Positions 22,106 through 34,635 of a stretch of DNA of 64,000 bases are shown here, piece by piece. The stretch lies in NCBI GenBank assembly GCA_030704615.1, contig CM060733.1, positions 75,888,001 to 75,952,000 of the forward strand, written 5' to 3'. The position numbers and the translations under genes are program-made. Within the stretch, counting starts at the first letter, position 1; every line of letters begins with the position of its first letter. The DNA comes from Takakia lepidozioides. Taxonomy: Eukaryota; Plantae; Bryophyta. The notes beneath the pieces were generated by a model. The model saw nothing but the letters and a program-made list of their open reading frames with translations. It was not told the origin of the DNA and searched no databases.

Positions 22106-22604
22106 CAATTTAAGAATAATGATTTAAAAATGACCTCAACTATTGGCGGATGAAGTAATTTATAAAACAATTTATCCACTTGCCAAGGTGTCGCTTGGAA
22201 TACAACGTGTCCACCTACGTAGCATATTTTTCACCTAACTCATGTTTTACTGATTTTTCGGCAAAACTGACGCGACGTTGGTCGCGTCAGCGTCAGGTCC
22301 GACGTGACGTGCAACCCTGGTTTAGGGATGAGTTTAGAGTCCATGTTTTAGGATTTAGCTTTTAGGGCGGCGGCTGGGTTAGTGTGTGATGTTTGTTTAA
22401 TTGGAATTTGCAAACTATGTGAGTTCTTTGGATTATGTTTATATTGTAAATGGATTATGTGTGACTATGAATGGATTATTGAGCATGAATGGTGGGTGCA
22501 GATCCCAGGCATTCAAATATTCAAACATTCAAACAATCAAGCAAGTAAGAGCTCATTCTTTGAAACATTTGCATGTTTATGTTTTCTCCTCTTTCACACA
22601 ATGG

Positions 22605-22832
22605 AGATAGGGAAAGCACACTTATGCTTTCTACCATGGCTTGGAAAGTGAACATAGAAATCAAATGGGAAAGCACACTTGTGTTTTCTGCCATGGCTTG
22701 GGAAGTGCACATGGCCGCTTGCTCAATCAACAGGGAAGGCACACTAGTGTTTTCTGCCATGGCTTGAAAAGTGAATATGGAAACTTACTCAATCAACAGG
22801 AAAAGCACACTTGTGCTTTCTACCATGGCTTA
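22605..22832. repeat. ~60-bp tandem repeat, 4 copies
   Basis: GGGAAAGCACACTTgTGcTTTCTaCCATGGCTT repeated. Confidence 0.8.
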
Positions 22833-22974
22833 TAAACATTATCTGCACTTGTAAAGAGAACCCATAATCATTGTTTTGATTTTAAAATCAGGTAGCATCA
22901 CTTTACTTGTGTCAATGTGTCAATGGCGGCATATTGATGGAAACCGCAACGGTAATTATACAATTTAAGTGGTG

Positions 22975-23810
22975 TGCGCAGGGAATCCTAGTGCACACTT
23001 TTTTCGAAACATATTAAGGTATATCATTTAAGTGGTATGTCAGGGAAACCTCGACCGCTGTTTCCTCCAAACATATTAAAGTATATCATTTAAGTGGTAT
23101 GTAAGGGAAACCTCGACCATGGTTTCCATTTATTATGGAATTGATGCATCTCAGGAAAACCTCGATCGTGATTTCCACTAGATGTTACAAGTAATTGAAG
23201 TGGTGGAACTCTAGGAAAACGTCGACCATGGTTTTTACTATGTGTTCTTATAAATAATTGAAACAATCATGCATTTCACGGAAATGTTGATCACAATTTC
23301 CACTAGCCTATTTAAATTGTGCATGATCATGATATGCATAGTTCATGCTTAAGGGAAACCTCGACTGTGCTTTCCACCAACAATTGTATGCTCCATGGAA
23401 ACCTCGACCACGGTTTTCACTAGATGATATTGATATGTGGATACATAGTACATGGTCCATGCCCAAGGGAAACCTCAACCGCGGTCTCCATTACATGAAA
23501 AATTAAGTGGTGAATGAATCATCATGATATATGTCATTGATGCCTAAAAGAAACCTTGACCGCAGTTTCCACTAACATTGGTATCAGGGAAACCTCGACC
23601 GTGGTTTTCACTAGTAATTGGTATCAGAGAAACCTCGATCGCGGTTTCAATGATTCAAAACATAAGTGATGAATGATCATGATGTGCATACAAATATATG
23701 TTTATGCGCAAGAGAAACCTCGACTTCGATCTCCATCAATAATTGAGGTCAGGGAAACCTCGACCGCGGTTTCACCCAGCAATTGACATCAGGGAAACCT
23801 CAACCTTGGT
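22975..23810. repeat. Array of GGAAACCtcgaccgcGGTTTCC palindromes (~15 degenerate copies) upstream of a MULE-like transposase remnant
   Basis: agggaaacctcgaccg(c/t)ggtttc recurs from 23041 to 23800 with irregular AT-rich spacers. Confidence 0.85.
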
Positions 23811-24690
23811 TTGGACACCCCATCATTCCATTAGGGAAATCTTCATTGCGTTTTCTACCACACCATATTCTGCAAGCAATCTTAATTACTGCATGCTTAG
23901 GGAAACTTTTATTGCAATTTCCTCTAGCCATTACAAGTACTTTCCTTGCCATGAAGTTTAAATGAATATCCTCAATATGGACTTTTGAACTCTTGCCCAA
24001 GGAATCCATGTCACTTCACATATGCATTCTGATCCTCTTACTTTTATGATGTGTGGCAGCCATACAAAACCATTGGCATCAAATGGACTTTTGATAGGGT
24101 TTTGAATCTCCAGTTCCTTTATCATTGATGTTCATCACATTTTACACATATCATGCATCTCCACATTTCTGTATAATAAAATGAAATTCAAATAATACAG
24201 TTGAAAAGTTCTATTATCTTTATTCAAACCCTAATATGCATGCATGAATTTTTTGTAATTACTCTGAACCTCTACTATATGGCCAACTATATAAACCGTT
24301 CTTGAAAACTTCAACAAAAACAAAAACATTCTCCAATGCGTATGGAAACCGCATTGTTGGTTTTCATATTCTAAGAAATTGTGTTTTAGAGCACCCAAGA
24401 ATTCACATCAAGTGTTTAGTGATCCACAAGCTCACCTCACTAATCTACTCATAATCGCGTCCACTAATCCATAGAAAATGTTGTCGATTGTGTCCTGGGT
24501 ACTGCGGCGCGTTTCTTGTAGGTTCTGAAGCATGTCATCTATACTGTCCAGGGCATGGACGTGGAAGCAGAAGGTGATAATATATTGAAAACAGAAAGCC
24601 CGCTTATACGGCCTCTTTGACAATGTTTGCAAACACCAAAACCAGGACCCTTCAACACACAGGACCTCCATTGGAAGAGTGAGACGCAAA

Positions 24691-25890
24691 GAGGGATGCC
24701 TCCGCGTGAGCGTGTGAGCACGTGAGCGCAGTTAGGCTCATGCCACTTCAGCAGTTGTCGCCACGTTGGTTCACGGGTGTTACGACACGTCAACAGTCCT
24801 CGCCAGCGTGGTTGACGCCACGTCACGTCATGCCACGTCATTTCCATAGGCACGGACCTATAACCGCGGACAGAGCAGGCGGAAGGGGGGAATGCGTGAG
24901 CCCAGAGGCGTGAGGTAGGTGCCTATTTCCGCGGAATGATTTACCTTTTCTAGTCATTGTAGACTACATCTTTAACATCCATCCCACCGCCGTCCCTCGT
25001 GTCATAAACTGCGATTTGATAAGTGTGCGATTGCCGAAGTGAGACCTTTATCCCTCCCATGAAAGGGAGAATGAGCGTGCTAGTTTCAACAAGCTTTTGT
25101 ATCAGTCGATAACAAGGTGTAGTAGCAGTTCCCAGTGTAGATCCCCAACCATCAAAAGTTAGCCGGAGTGGAATTGAGGCTTTCTTACGTAAAAATCGCC
25201 CAGATGGAATAGACTGATTTAGATATGGTCTACATACTAAGAAATCAAGTATCAAGTATCAAACAGAAGTGATGATCGTCGACGATCATCACCTCTACCC
25301 AAATGTCAAAACAGATCAGAAGTGATGATCGGCATCGATCATCACTTTTGTTTTTTTTTTAAATTTTAACAATACACAACAAAAAAATAAAAAAACAAAA
25401 AAAAACAAAAACAGAGTAGATGTGTTTGCATCAGTGTAGCAATGCAGTACGGCTGTCCAGAGCGGAGCTGCGGCACAAGGAAGCGTGTCTCAACTTATTA
25501 GAGCAGAGCAGAAGTGATTGTCAGCACCGATCATCACTTCTGTTTTGTTTTGTTTTTTTTTTCCCGGTGCCGACATTCACTTCTGCTCTGTTTTTTTTTT
25601 TTTAAATATTTTTTCCTAAAAAAAAAAAAAAAAAAAAAAAACAGAGCAGAAGTGATTGTTGGTGCCGATCATCATAAGTGATTGTGGGTGCCGACAATCA
25701 CTTCTGCTCTTTTTTTTTCTCTGGAATAATACGGAGGGATAAAAAAATAAAATAAAAACAAAAAAAAAACAGAGCAGAACAGAAGTGATTGGCGGCACTG
25801 ATCATCATAGAAGTGATTGTCGGCACCGATCATCATAAAAAAAAAAAAAAAACAGAGCAGAAGTGATGATCGGTGCTGACAATCACTTCT

Positions 25891-25933
<43 letters not shown>

Positions 25934-26420
25934 CCCGTATTGTTCCCAAAAAAATTATTGTTCTGGTCTCTTATGTGTCGTTATGTACTGCATGTTTTTT
26001 ATTTATACCGTGATCCTTCTTCTCTTCGTTATTTTAGGAGGAAGCAGGGTCTTCCTAGGGTAGCCTCAATGGAGCCTTATGAGGTTATTTTGTCCTCATT
26101 GTAATTGTTATCGTAAAACTTACAATTGTAATTGCATAATGTTGTGGTATGGATGCCACAGTTTTAGGCGATTTCCCATTTTGGGTATTTTGATGGTATT
26201 CTTGATGGTATTTTGGTTTCATATTCCCTAAGTTCATCCCACGGTCATAGGACCCTCAGGCATAGGCGCCGTATGTTTCGGTTGACGTGGCGGATGCTGA
26301 CATGGCGCCACGTCAACATTCGACACCATGACAACCTGCTGGCATCACGCTCACACCACGTCACCTGGCGTGAGCGTACGTTCATACGCTCATGCGTGAG
26401 GCTCACGCGGTTGCGTCGTT
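24691..26420. mobile_element. Non-autonomous MULE-like element with imperfect TIRs and a ~10-bp TSD
   Basis: GAGACGCAAA (24681-24690) and GAGATGCAAA (26421-26430). Ends GAGGGATGCCTCCGCGTGAGC / GCTCACGCGGTTGCGTCGTT. Removing it rejoins the host coding sequence. Confidence 0.72.
25263..25892. repeat. Array of AGAAGTGAT(g/t)...gtcggcaccga...ATCACTTCT palindromes separated by long A/T homopolymer tracts
   Basis: Units near 25265, 25318, 25509, 25647, 25676, 25781, 25809, 25858. Confidence 0.85.
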
Positions 26421-27039
26421 GAGATGCAAAATGGGTTTATGGATGTGCGAGTGAATGTTCAAAGGCCTGCATACCTTGGGATAGAGTTGTTGACTTTGTA
26501 CTTGGAGAGGAGAGTTTAGAGGACTACCCCACTCAGTTTTGGGTGAATGTCCATTCTAAAGTGGAACCCGATATGCGAAAAGCGCCCAGAGCCAACACAT
26601 TTCTGACCAGTATCATGTGTGCACCATCCTCACAGTCCTTTTGTGGTCTCATTGCATGTCTGTTGTCATTTTCGTTTCCCACCTACTATGATTTCATGCT
26701 TCCACAAGTCGATGGATATCGATTTTGAATTTTATGTCCATGTACCAATGCTGCTACGGTCCTGATGACAAGCGCACCAACAATGCAATAGTGGAGGATC
26801 CAAAACTGAAGCGTGGAGGACCTCTTGTGGGTGCTGAAACATCTCACCCTCATAAAGGCCCAAGGAGAAAGAAGTCGGAGTATGGAGAGTCTTACAAGCA
26901 TGGTTGCCAATGTTGTTTCAAGGTCCAGCAATGTTATCTCGCCCTTGACATTCGCGTCCTCACGTACTACAACAACATACATGGAGCATATAGACGCGCA
27001 AGGGAAAGCCTCATATGGGAAATTGGCTGAGTTCAGGAA

Positions 27040-28161
27040 CAATTGGCATACAAACTCAGTAGCAACGAATGGTGGAATTAGGACATGCCCGTATCGTTGC
27101 ATGCGATGCAACCGTTTCATTTCTTTTTAATGTATGGTGAACACCCAAATGTGCCAACAACTCTTACAAAGTTCAAGTTACCAAATGAGGAGTTATCCAA
27201 GGCAACCGCGACTAACGCATTTGTGCAACAAATTCGGCGGGGAGTACGTCAAGCTAAAGAGAAACTGATGGTTGCCCAAAATCGCCAAAAGCAGTATGCA
27301 AATGCACGTCAACGGGATGAGGAGTTTGCAGTTGGGGATGAAGTGTGGTTGTCTACAACCAATTTACACATCATTGGATCGCGAAAACTAGGGGCACGGT
27401 TCATTGGTCCATTTTTGATCATTAAACGTATTGGAGCAGTAGCATACAAGCTGGAGTTACCACCACATTTGAAGATCCACCCGGTGTTTCACGTTTCTCT
27501 ACTACGCCGTTATGAACCTCGACCATCAATATTAAAAGATAATCAAGAACCACAACTTTTACCAAAGTTGATAGACGGAAATGAAGAGTGGGATGTTGAC
27601 CTTGTTTTGAAAAAATGCACATACAAACGAGGGCGACATGAGGTGTTGGAGTATTTGGTTTTATGGAAAGGATTTCCATTACATGAAGCTACCTGGGAAC
27701 CGGTGCAAAATCTCGTAAATGCTCAATTGACAATTCAAGCTTTTGAAAATTCGAACAACGAGGACATTGCTTCTTGAAAGAGGGGAGGATTGTAACAAGG
27801 TAGAATCTAGAAGGTTCTAGATGGAGAAGGAAAGTTCCCTAGAAGTTTTCAGAATAATTAGGAAGGTTCCTAAGAAGTTTGATTTAAGGAAGTTTGACTT
27901 GAGGCCCTCAAGTCAAACCTCCAAAATTCATATTATGGAGAGTAGGTCAAATATTTGATAAAGTCATTGTGGAGAATATGTCAAACCTAAGAAGGTTGAC
28001 TTTAGGAAGTTTTGACTTGAGGCTTTCAAGTCAAACCTTTAAAATAATCATATTGTGAAGGGTATATAAACCTGCAATGAAAGCCTAGAAGGCATCGAGT
28101 TGTTTTGGGAAAAAGTTGAGAAGTACTTCTATGCTAGTTTGTGTAGATCCTGGGTGTTATA
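27040..28161 (+). mobile_element. 3' fragment of a chromovirus (integrase C-terminus + chromodomain, PPT, 3' LTR 27791-28161)
   Basis: ORF 27085-27777 with RKLGARFIGPF, IHPVFHVSLL and chromodomain WDVDLVL...EYLVLWKGFPLHEATWEP. PPT GAGGGGAGGAT, then TGTAACA...TGTTATA. Confidence 0.88.
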
Positions 28162-31100
28162 GGTTCTCATGACTGCCATTTGTGCGCGGTCATGGCAGAT
28201 CTGTCTACAAAATGTCATATGCAGACGCGAAGGACATTGCAGTTGACACGTAGATGCGGGTAAGTCGTTATGCGACTGTATGACTCCGCACTTTGCTCAT
28301 ATGAGGTCAAACATGTTTGATCACAAATAGTAACATGCGGATATGACTAGTAGTCACAGACACCACTATACTAGAATGACGTGTGCATATGAATAGACGT
28401 ACATATGACTTCATGACTGTGATTGTTATGCATGCTGCTCGATCAAGACATGGATGAATGACTACATGACTGCATGACTGCACGTGTCGGTACATGCTTT
28501 TCTGGTGATATATATAATAAGTGTTCATATTAGAGTTTTGCAAACCAGCTGCAGTGAAGGAAGTAAGTCGGGACGGCTGTGCGCTTGGGCATGGTGGAGA
28601 ACAATCACAAGTGGCATGACAGAGACCGCATCCACATGAATCCAAAACAGTATATGATGAGGGAACTGCATACATGTTGACAGCTACAAAACAGAGAGTC
28701 ATGAGAGGCTAGTATGTATAAAAGTGATGCATTCAGTGAATTTGCACATTGATCCGGATGAGGGTACGTTAAACATTTATGTGGAGTTCAAAGCACCCAG
28801 TGTCAAAAGGGAGTAAACACGTAAACACCAAAATACAAACTACGAGGGCCACCTAGTCCCAACTTCGGTCACTTTGTTCGCATCCTACAAAGGACGACCC
28901 GCAACTTATCGTGCACACAAAATGGAAACATCGACAGATGCACGATGCATCTACAGGTCGAAACCAATTGGACATGGCAGCTTAAGGATATGGTACCACG
29001 TAGCATAGTCATATAGATGGGGATACTTCTGCCCACAACATTGAGCATCTTGCTACAAGAGGACAAACAAAAAAACTGAGGGACGGGCTCTCTCCTGTGA
29101 ATGCCGCTCTCTCCCAGCCACCGAAGCACAAGTTCACAGGCGTCCTCCGCATGCTGGCTGATTGGCATTGCTTCAACCTTTTCTACGGCATACCTCACTT
29201 CGTGCTCTCTCTGAAGCCGCTCCATCCTGCGATGTCATGAAGCACGGTGAGCGGTCATCCGTCGCTGGCGCATGACGACTTGGAAGTGAATGCAGGTGCC
29301 ACCAAACAAGAACACCATAAGCCGAATAGCACAAGAGAGAGCAAGAGAGCGACTTTTTGAGAATGAGGAGTGGAGGGAATGCAAAGATATACAATGCTCT
29401 CCCGCCATCTTCCACACCCTGCAACGAAACGGGACGACGTCGCGAGGCTCTGGATGGGATCACAAATCACGCACCGATCTGCGTCCACATAAGTGAGAAT
29501 AGTTGGAAAATTGAGAAAGGAAATTAGGACGCTTTTCTGGCTTGTGCAAAAGCCATTTGTTGGATTTCGAGGAGATGTCGTGTCATGTGCAAGGAGGCCT
29601 GACAGTGCATCCTGTGCACTGTCCAGAATATGAGACATGCATTACATTGTGAATTATTTTCATTTTCAACTCTGAGATTCGAGGAGCCATTATGCCCATT
29701 TACTATAGCATGTAACACTGCTGATTTCAATTGTGTCCATGTAGGCAGTGGAATCCAAGTCTGGAGTCTGAAGTCTGTCATGCAAGAATGCCCACATATG
29801 AATCAAAGTCCATTACTAGTGGCTACAGTGCATCCCCCTGAGATTAACAGGTGCTTCTAGAACGCAGGTAGAATAGAACTGACAACATCAATTAACTGAA
29901 CTCATGTGTACTCACTCACCCACCCGCCTTGAGTTGTCCCACTCCCACATGGCATCACCCCCATCCATGAGGGCGATACCAAGAGCTGGCAATTCAGCTC
30001 TTATCTGGTCAGAGTGGGCATAGTCTAGACATACTCTGGCAGCTGCTCTCTCTTGCATTGGTGCATGAACAAAATCATGCAGTTCGCAAGGCAGATTTGA
30101 GCACCCAGGTGCTGGAAACGGTGTATCCTGTAACAAAAATCCAAGAAAGGGCAAGCATCTTTCAGAGATTGCTACGCTGGTTGGGGTTTCAGAAGGCTGA
30201 ATCTGATAAATTATTGACAGGCGGAAAGGAAGAGGTCCTAAACCTCTACCCAGTGGTTTCCTTCAACTGCTCACAACTCCAAGCATATCACTGTAGTGTG
30301 GCACATTGCTGCTTTATCACCTAGAAATTATAGCAGGCTCAAATGCCATGTTGGGAATGGGTACTCATGTGGGTAACATACCATGAATGAGGGTCTCAGC
30401 CATGGCCAGGACGTACATGAAAGTCTAACTTCTGAACCCAATAAGAGGGGATCCTAGAAATCACGAGGGCACAATGTGGAACACCATGGGACAGCCAATT
30501 TATAATGTGATCAGGAGAAGCATCCATTTGGAGTTGCAATCTGTCCATATGAAGGACACATGCCATGTGGTGTGCTGAAGCTTTACATGGGGGCTACCCA
30601 TGAAATGGTAGGCACATTTCATACGACAGTTAAGAGAACACTTGTGTAACCGTGACAATAGCGTCCACCTACTATTCAGGCCTTAATACTCATTGACCGC
30701 ACCCAAGGGGAGAACATCATGTGTCCCACCCGAGGAGAGAACCTCAGCCAAGATGGATTAACCATGGCCTATAAAACACTTTAAAGACATGCAATAGATG
30801 AACAGTCCATGCACCAAGCACATAACTGCACTTCACTTACATTGAAAAAATATATACAGCAGATATACTCAGCAAGGGTGGTTTCTTCAGCCAGTAGTCT
30901 TTGCTCCAGCCCACCACTACATGGTATCTTCTCCTTCTGCTGCCTCACAACACATTCTGCAAGCAGCAAATAGACTAGCCAAATGTGAGTGAGTCTCCGA
31001 GCTGGTAGAAATAAGACCTACATGCCATAGAGTTCAAACAAGTCCCAAGGCACCTACCAAAAGTCATGAGAAAAATGGCCCAACAATGTGGGTGGACATT

Positions 31101-31631
31101 AAGTGCACAAACCGGCAGCCTGCTGTTATGCTGTCCACATGACGAGGTCTGGCACTCCATTCCACCAACAACTTCATCCCAGTAGCTAAAACCAGCAATA
31201 TCCCCTTCTGAAAATGTGCCACCAACATGTATGGCTTCTCCATTTTGGGCCCTTCTCACTCCCCCCTGCAGTCTCCCATCCATGCAGGGGGGCGGACATG
31301 AAGCTCAACCTCCCAGAAAATACGAGAATTGCACAAGAATACAATTGCTGAGCCCACAGATGACACGCCATCACAATTGGAGACCTCCAATGTCACCTGC
31401 TTAAATCCACCACCCCCCCCCCCCCCCCACCCCCACCCCCACCCTTCCTTTGTGTCAGCCTCACAAAGCCCTTAATAAAATTCAAGGAACCAAAGAGACA
31501 TCTAGTATGTGAAAACATAGCCCTTTATATACTTCTGAGGCTGAACAAAGCATTCCTCGCGTGAACAAAGCCCTAATATACTTCAGATTGTAATAGGCAG
31601 TTCTGGGGAATGTGATACCTCAATCCTGGAA

Positions 31632-31990
31632 CTACACGTCCTCATCATCACTTGATTCTGTATCTTCACCGAAACTGTTCTCCGTGGGACATGGATGACC
31701 TTCCTCAAATCCCATGTCTCTGTATAGTGAAGCAACATCTTTAGGTGTCACTTGGATGGTCCGCCCCAAACTGTTTCCAGCAACATTGGTCTCTTCAATT
31801 TGATCAGGGGCTAAGAGGCCTGACACACTCGCAATATCATCGTTGCAAATGCTGACATCGCTGACCACCCTGCGCGACCGGGGGTTTTTTTCCAGCACCA
31901 CATTCCACCTCGGTTCATTGAAACATTCAGAGAAAAAAACTTGATCGACCTGTGATGGCAGCACAAAAGGCTGTTCACGCGGAGGCAACA
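31632..31990 (-). pseudogene. CACTA/EnSpm transposase C-terminal (DUF4216-like) fragment
   Basis: EQPFVLPSQVDQVFF...PRWNVVLEKNPRSRR followed by an acidic tail. Confidence 0.65.
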
Positions 31991-32329
31991 GGTGGGATTC
32001 AACCGATAATTTTGTCCAAAAGAAACTTCACTCGTGAAATCCTTTCTATTCCCTTGCACGAAGAGCCTATGAAAAATTTCCAAGCGCTTTGGCCTAATTT
32101 GCAATCATAAAGAGCAAACACGAGCAAGAAATATTTTCTCTCCGTTTGAAATCGCATGACATTGTAGCATGGCTTGTACGCAGTTCTTGATAGTCTGGGC
32201 CCTCACATCCGTAATGTCAAACTGCAGTCCATCCATCCCGCGCACCGCCAATATTAGTGTAGTGGCAACACCTCCTTCGTGGATGAACCGGCAGGAACCG
32301 AAGAAGCATCTACCATAACATACAAACAA

Positions 32330-32745
32330 TTAGAGAGCCCGCACATCTTCAAAGCCAACGCCGAGTAGTGAATGTCAGATCTCCATCGTAATGCTTGAAT
32401 GTTGGTGCCAATTTCTCCTCTTGATAGAAGAAGATCGACGCCGGATTCTGGTCTTTCGCGCACACTCTCCGCATCATCGGCGTGCATTTTGAAGGTTTGT
32501 CACGCATGTTTCTTGGCAAGGTTGCGGACATCTTGCTCCAACAAGAAATCATTACATGTTCATGCATCTCCCAACCCGGTGTTGTTCATCACGTACTCTT
32601 TATGTTCCATCATGATTTGAGCGATAGACAGGCCTCGGCACAAACACTCTGCAACCCAGGCTTTCAATTCCTCGCTAATGTGTGGTGCATAGGCATGGCG
32701 GGCCGCTTGTCTAACAATTTGCCTCTCATCGAAATCGACCATGGA
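32330..32745 (-). pseudogene. Second At4g13970-like MULE transposase fragment
   Basis: HAYAPHISEELKAWVAECLCRGLSIAQIMMEH...DFLLEQDVRNL...FKMHADDAESVR resembles the recalled FAPYISEDLR...GVSVETIMQRH...DDLLT...YELD.DD.VSI. Confidence 0.65.
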
Positions 32746-33598
32746 TTGACTACGAGGATAGTGTCAAGATTGCCGTTACGGTCCCACAACAAGGCAACAA
32801 CAATGCGAAAGCTCGTGGATACAATAATGGGTGTGTGTGCTTCCATGCTTTGCACACAATGTACTTTCCTGTGCGTTGTCCAAAACGAACTGTATTGGGA
32901 TTTGTTTCAAACTGTTTCTGGGGAATCGCAGACTAGTGGAGAACGATTGACAAGGCCAGCTCGATGTGGAGAGCAACAAGTGGCCGCGTCGGCCCAAGGC
33001 AATTGCCAACACTGTTCTTGGAACACGTATTCCGAGCAGGTGAGCGCTTTCTGTCATACCAAGAGGTATTATGGCACAAGAAATCTTGCCTTCATAGTCA
33101 AGATTGTCAATGGTAGAGCTTGACGAGGTGTAGTCATTTCAGGTAGTCATAGGGGTGTGTTTGGGAATGTATGGGCGAGGTTGGTGACGGTGTGCGCGTG
33201 GTGAGAAATGAAATGAAATGGTGCTTTATAACGTCCGCGGAAAGCTCATAGAGCTTATGGGACAAAATGGAAAGAAATACATGAGAGAAAACAGGAAACC
33301 AGAGTCAGAGATAATAACTATTATTGTTCGAGTGATTGTCTAAGGGTGAATGCCTCGTGCAGGTAGGCTGCCAAGCATCTCTGATCTTCATAGTGAAAGA
33401 CCTCTCTATGGGTGATACTGGCAGAGATGGAACAAACTGCCATTAGGTTTTATGTTATTCCAATTTCCTTGTTTTCAAGGTACACAGACAATTGAGGTCA
33501 GTTGAGGTTGGTATGGCAGGTGGAAGTTGGAGATTTGGGATCAAGTTGGCAGAGCAGAAAGGGGAAGGGATTCATGGTACTGGGCCTCTGGTTGTTAA

Positions 33599-34635
33599 CC
33601 CCTAAAGGACGAGAGGTGTTTTTGGGTTTTTGGACAATCCCGGACCCACCCTCACACGTCAGCGGATACCTGCCCACCAACGTTCATCCACTTGGATGAA
33701 CCGTACAAACTGCTTCCTACCTACCAGATGCATAAGCCCCCCAAATTTGGGGAGATTCCACCGTGTAATTTGGGAGATTATAACATTTGAAGACGGTGCA
33801 TGTTTTTGAAAATAGAAAAAACAAAGCAAAAGTTCATGTTTGACCAAGCAAATTATCCATGATCCCAAATTTTCCTGGGAGAAAAAGTGCTATATTCCTG
33901 TGAAGTGCACAATCCCAAACCCTCACACCAAATTTCACCCCAATCTGCCAAAATGAAAGGGGGGGGGGGGTGCTTTGTATGTTACTGGAATGGGGGTCCA
34001 AAAAGAGAATTTGCAAAGGAAATGGTATAGGCCCCATTGGGACCCCAAATTCTCCTTCATTTGGGAATTCCAACGGTCAGTCCCTCATAGGTCAAGAACT
34101 ACACAAGCCTGCCCAAGAATTTCCCAAAAATTGCCTAAATTGAATTTGGGATGCGGGATTTTGTGAAATTTCCGGCCTCCTCCAGGTCAGGCAATCGGTG
34201 GCCGGAATTTCGCCTGAATCCGGTGACGTTTTCCGGGCCACGTCGAGGTTTCCCATTATTTGCCAGGGCCAGCTCATTCGAGCCGTCCCCGTATTCGTCG
34301 GCGTTTTGGGGAGGGCCTCACAAGCCCCCGACTCCAACCCCCGCATGCCCCCCGCCGCAAAATCCCACCCACGTGGCCGCTGCCACCTGCCACATCGACG
34401 GTCAACTGCCGTGCCCCCCCCCCCCTCCACCCAAAATCCTGCAATTTCCAAACTTCAAAAAATTCCTGACGGCGGAGTTTTTCTCTGTTGGGGGCGCCAT
34501 AAAGACCTGCGTGTGCAGCTTGTTCCGCGCTACATTTTTCGTTCAAGCCGCTCATTCATCGGACTTCATCCGTGCATGCTACGGATGGATGAAAAATCGG
34601 GCCGACCCGATTCAGGTCGGCTCGTCGTTTAGGGG
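33599..34635. mobile_element. piggyBac-like non-autonomous element (1037 bp)
   Basis: TTAA (33595-33598) + CCCCTAAAGGACGAG ... CTCGTCGTTTAGGGG + TTAA (34636-34639). 15-bp TIR with 14/15 match, CCC/GGG ends, TTAA TSD. Confidence 0.82.

Larger units (their letters stand above)
4693..22319 (-). mobile_element. Giant (17.6 kb) hAT-superfamily DNA transposon with kinase-like and RING-finger cargo genes
   Basis: 8-bp direct repeat GTTTAGGG at 4685-4692 and 22320-22327. Termini CCTAGTTGCA / TGCAACCCTG (imperfect TIR). TGACG/GACGT-rich subterminal blocks at both ends share CGCGTCAGCGTCA(c/g)GTCCGACG. The same palindrome array lies near both ends, and an hAT transposase lies inside. Confidence 0.78.
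24555..27020 (+). pseudogene. N-terminal remnant of an At4g13970-like (MULE/SWIM-related) transposase, split by the 24691-26420 insertion
   Basis: LQTPKPGPFNTQDLHWKSETQ|N...IPWDRVVDFVLGEE...YPTQF...YQCCYGPDDKR...KHGCQCCFKV...LTYYNNIH resembles the recalled motifs DLVW..., IPY.RVDDFVRGE...CPT.F, YWCSFGPDD, RGC.CHF. Confidence 0.7.

Noticed and set aside
22320-22382. True interstitial telomere array
   Set aside because: Only a few degenerate TTTAGGG-like units are present; recorded only as insertion-site context.
28860-31300. Possible spliced second gene (TnpA-like) of the CACTA remnant on the minus strand
   Set aside because: Exon-like pieces exist, but I found no recognisable motif and no CACTA termini.
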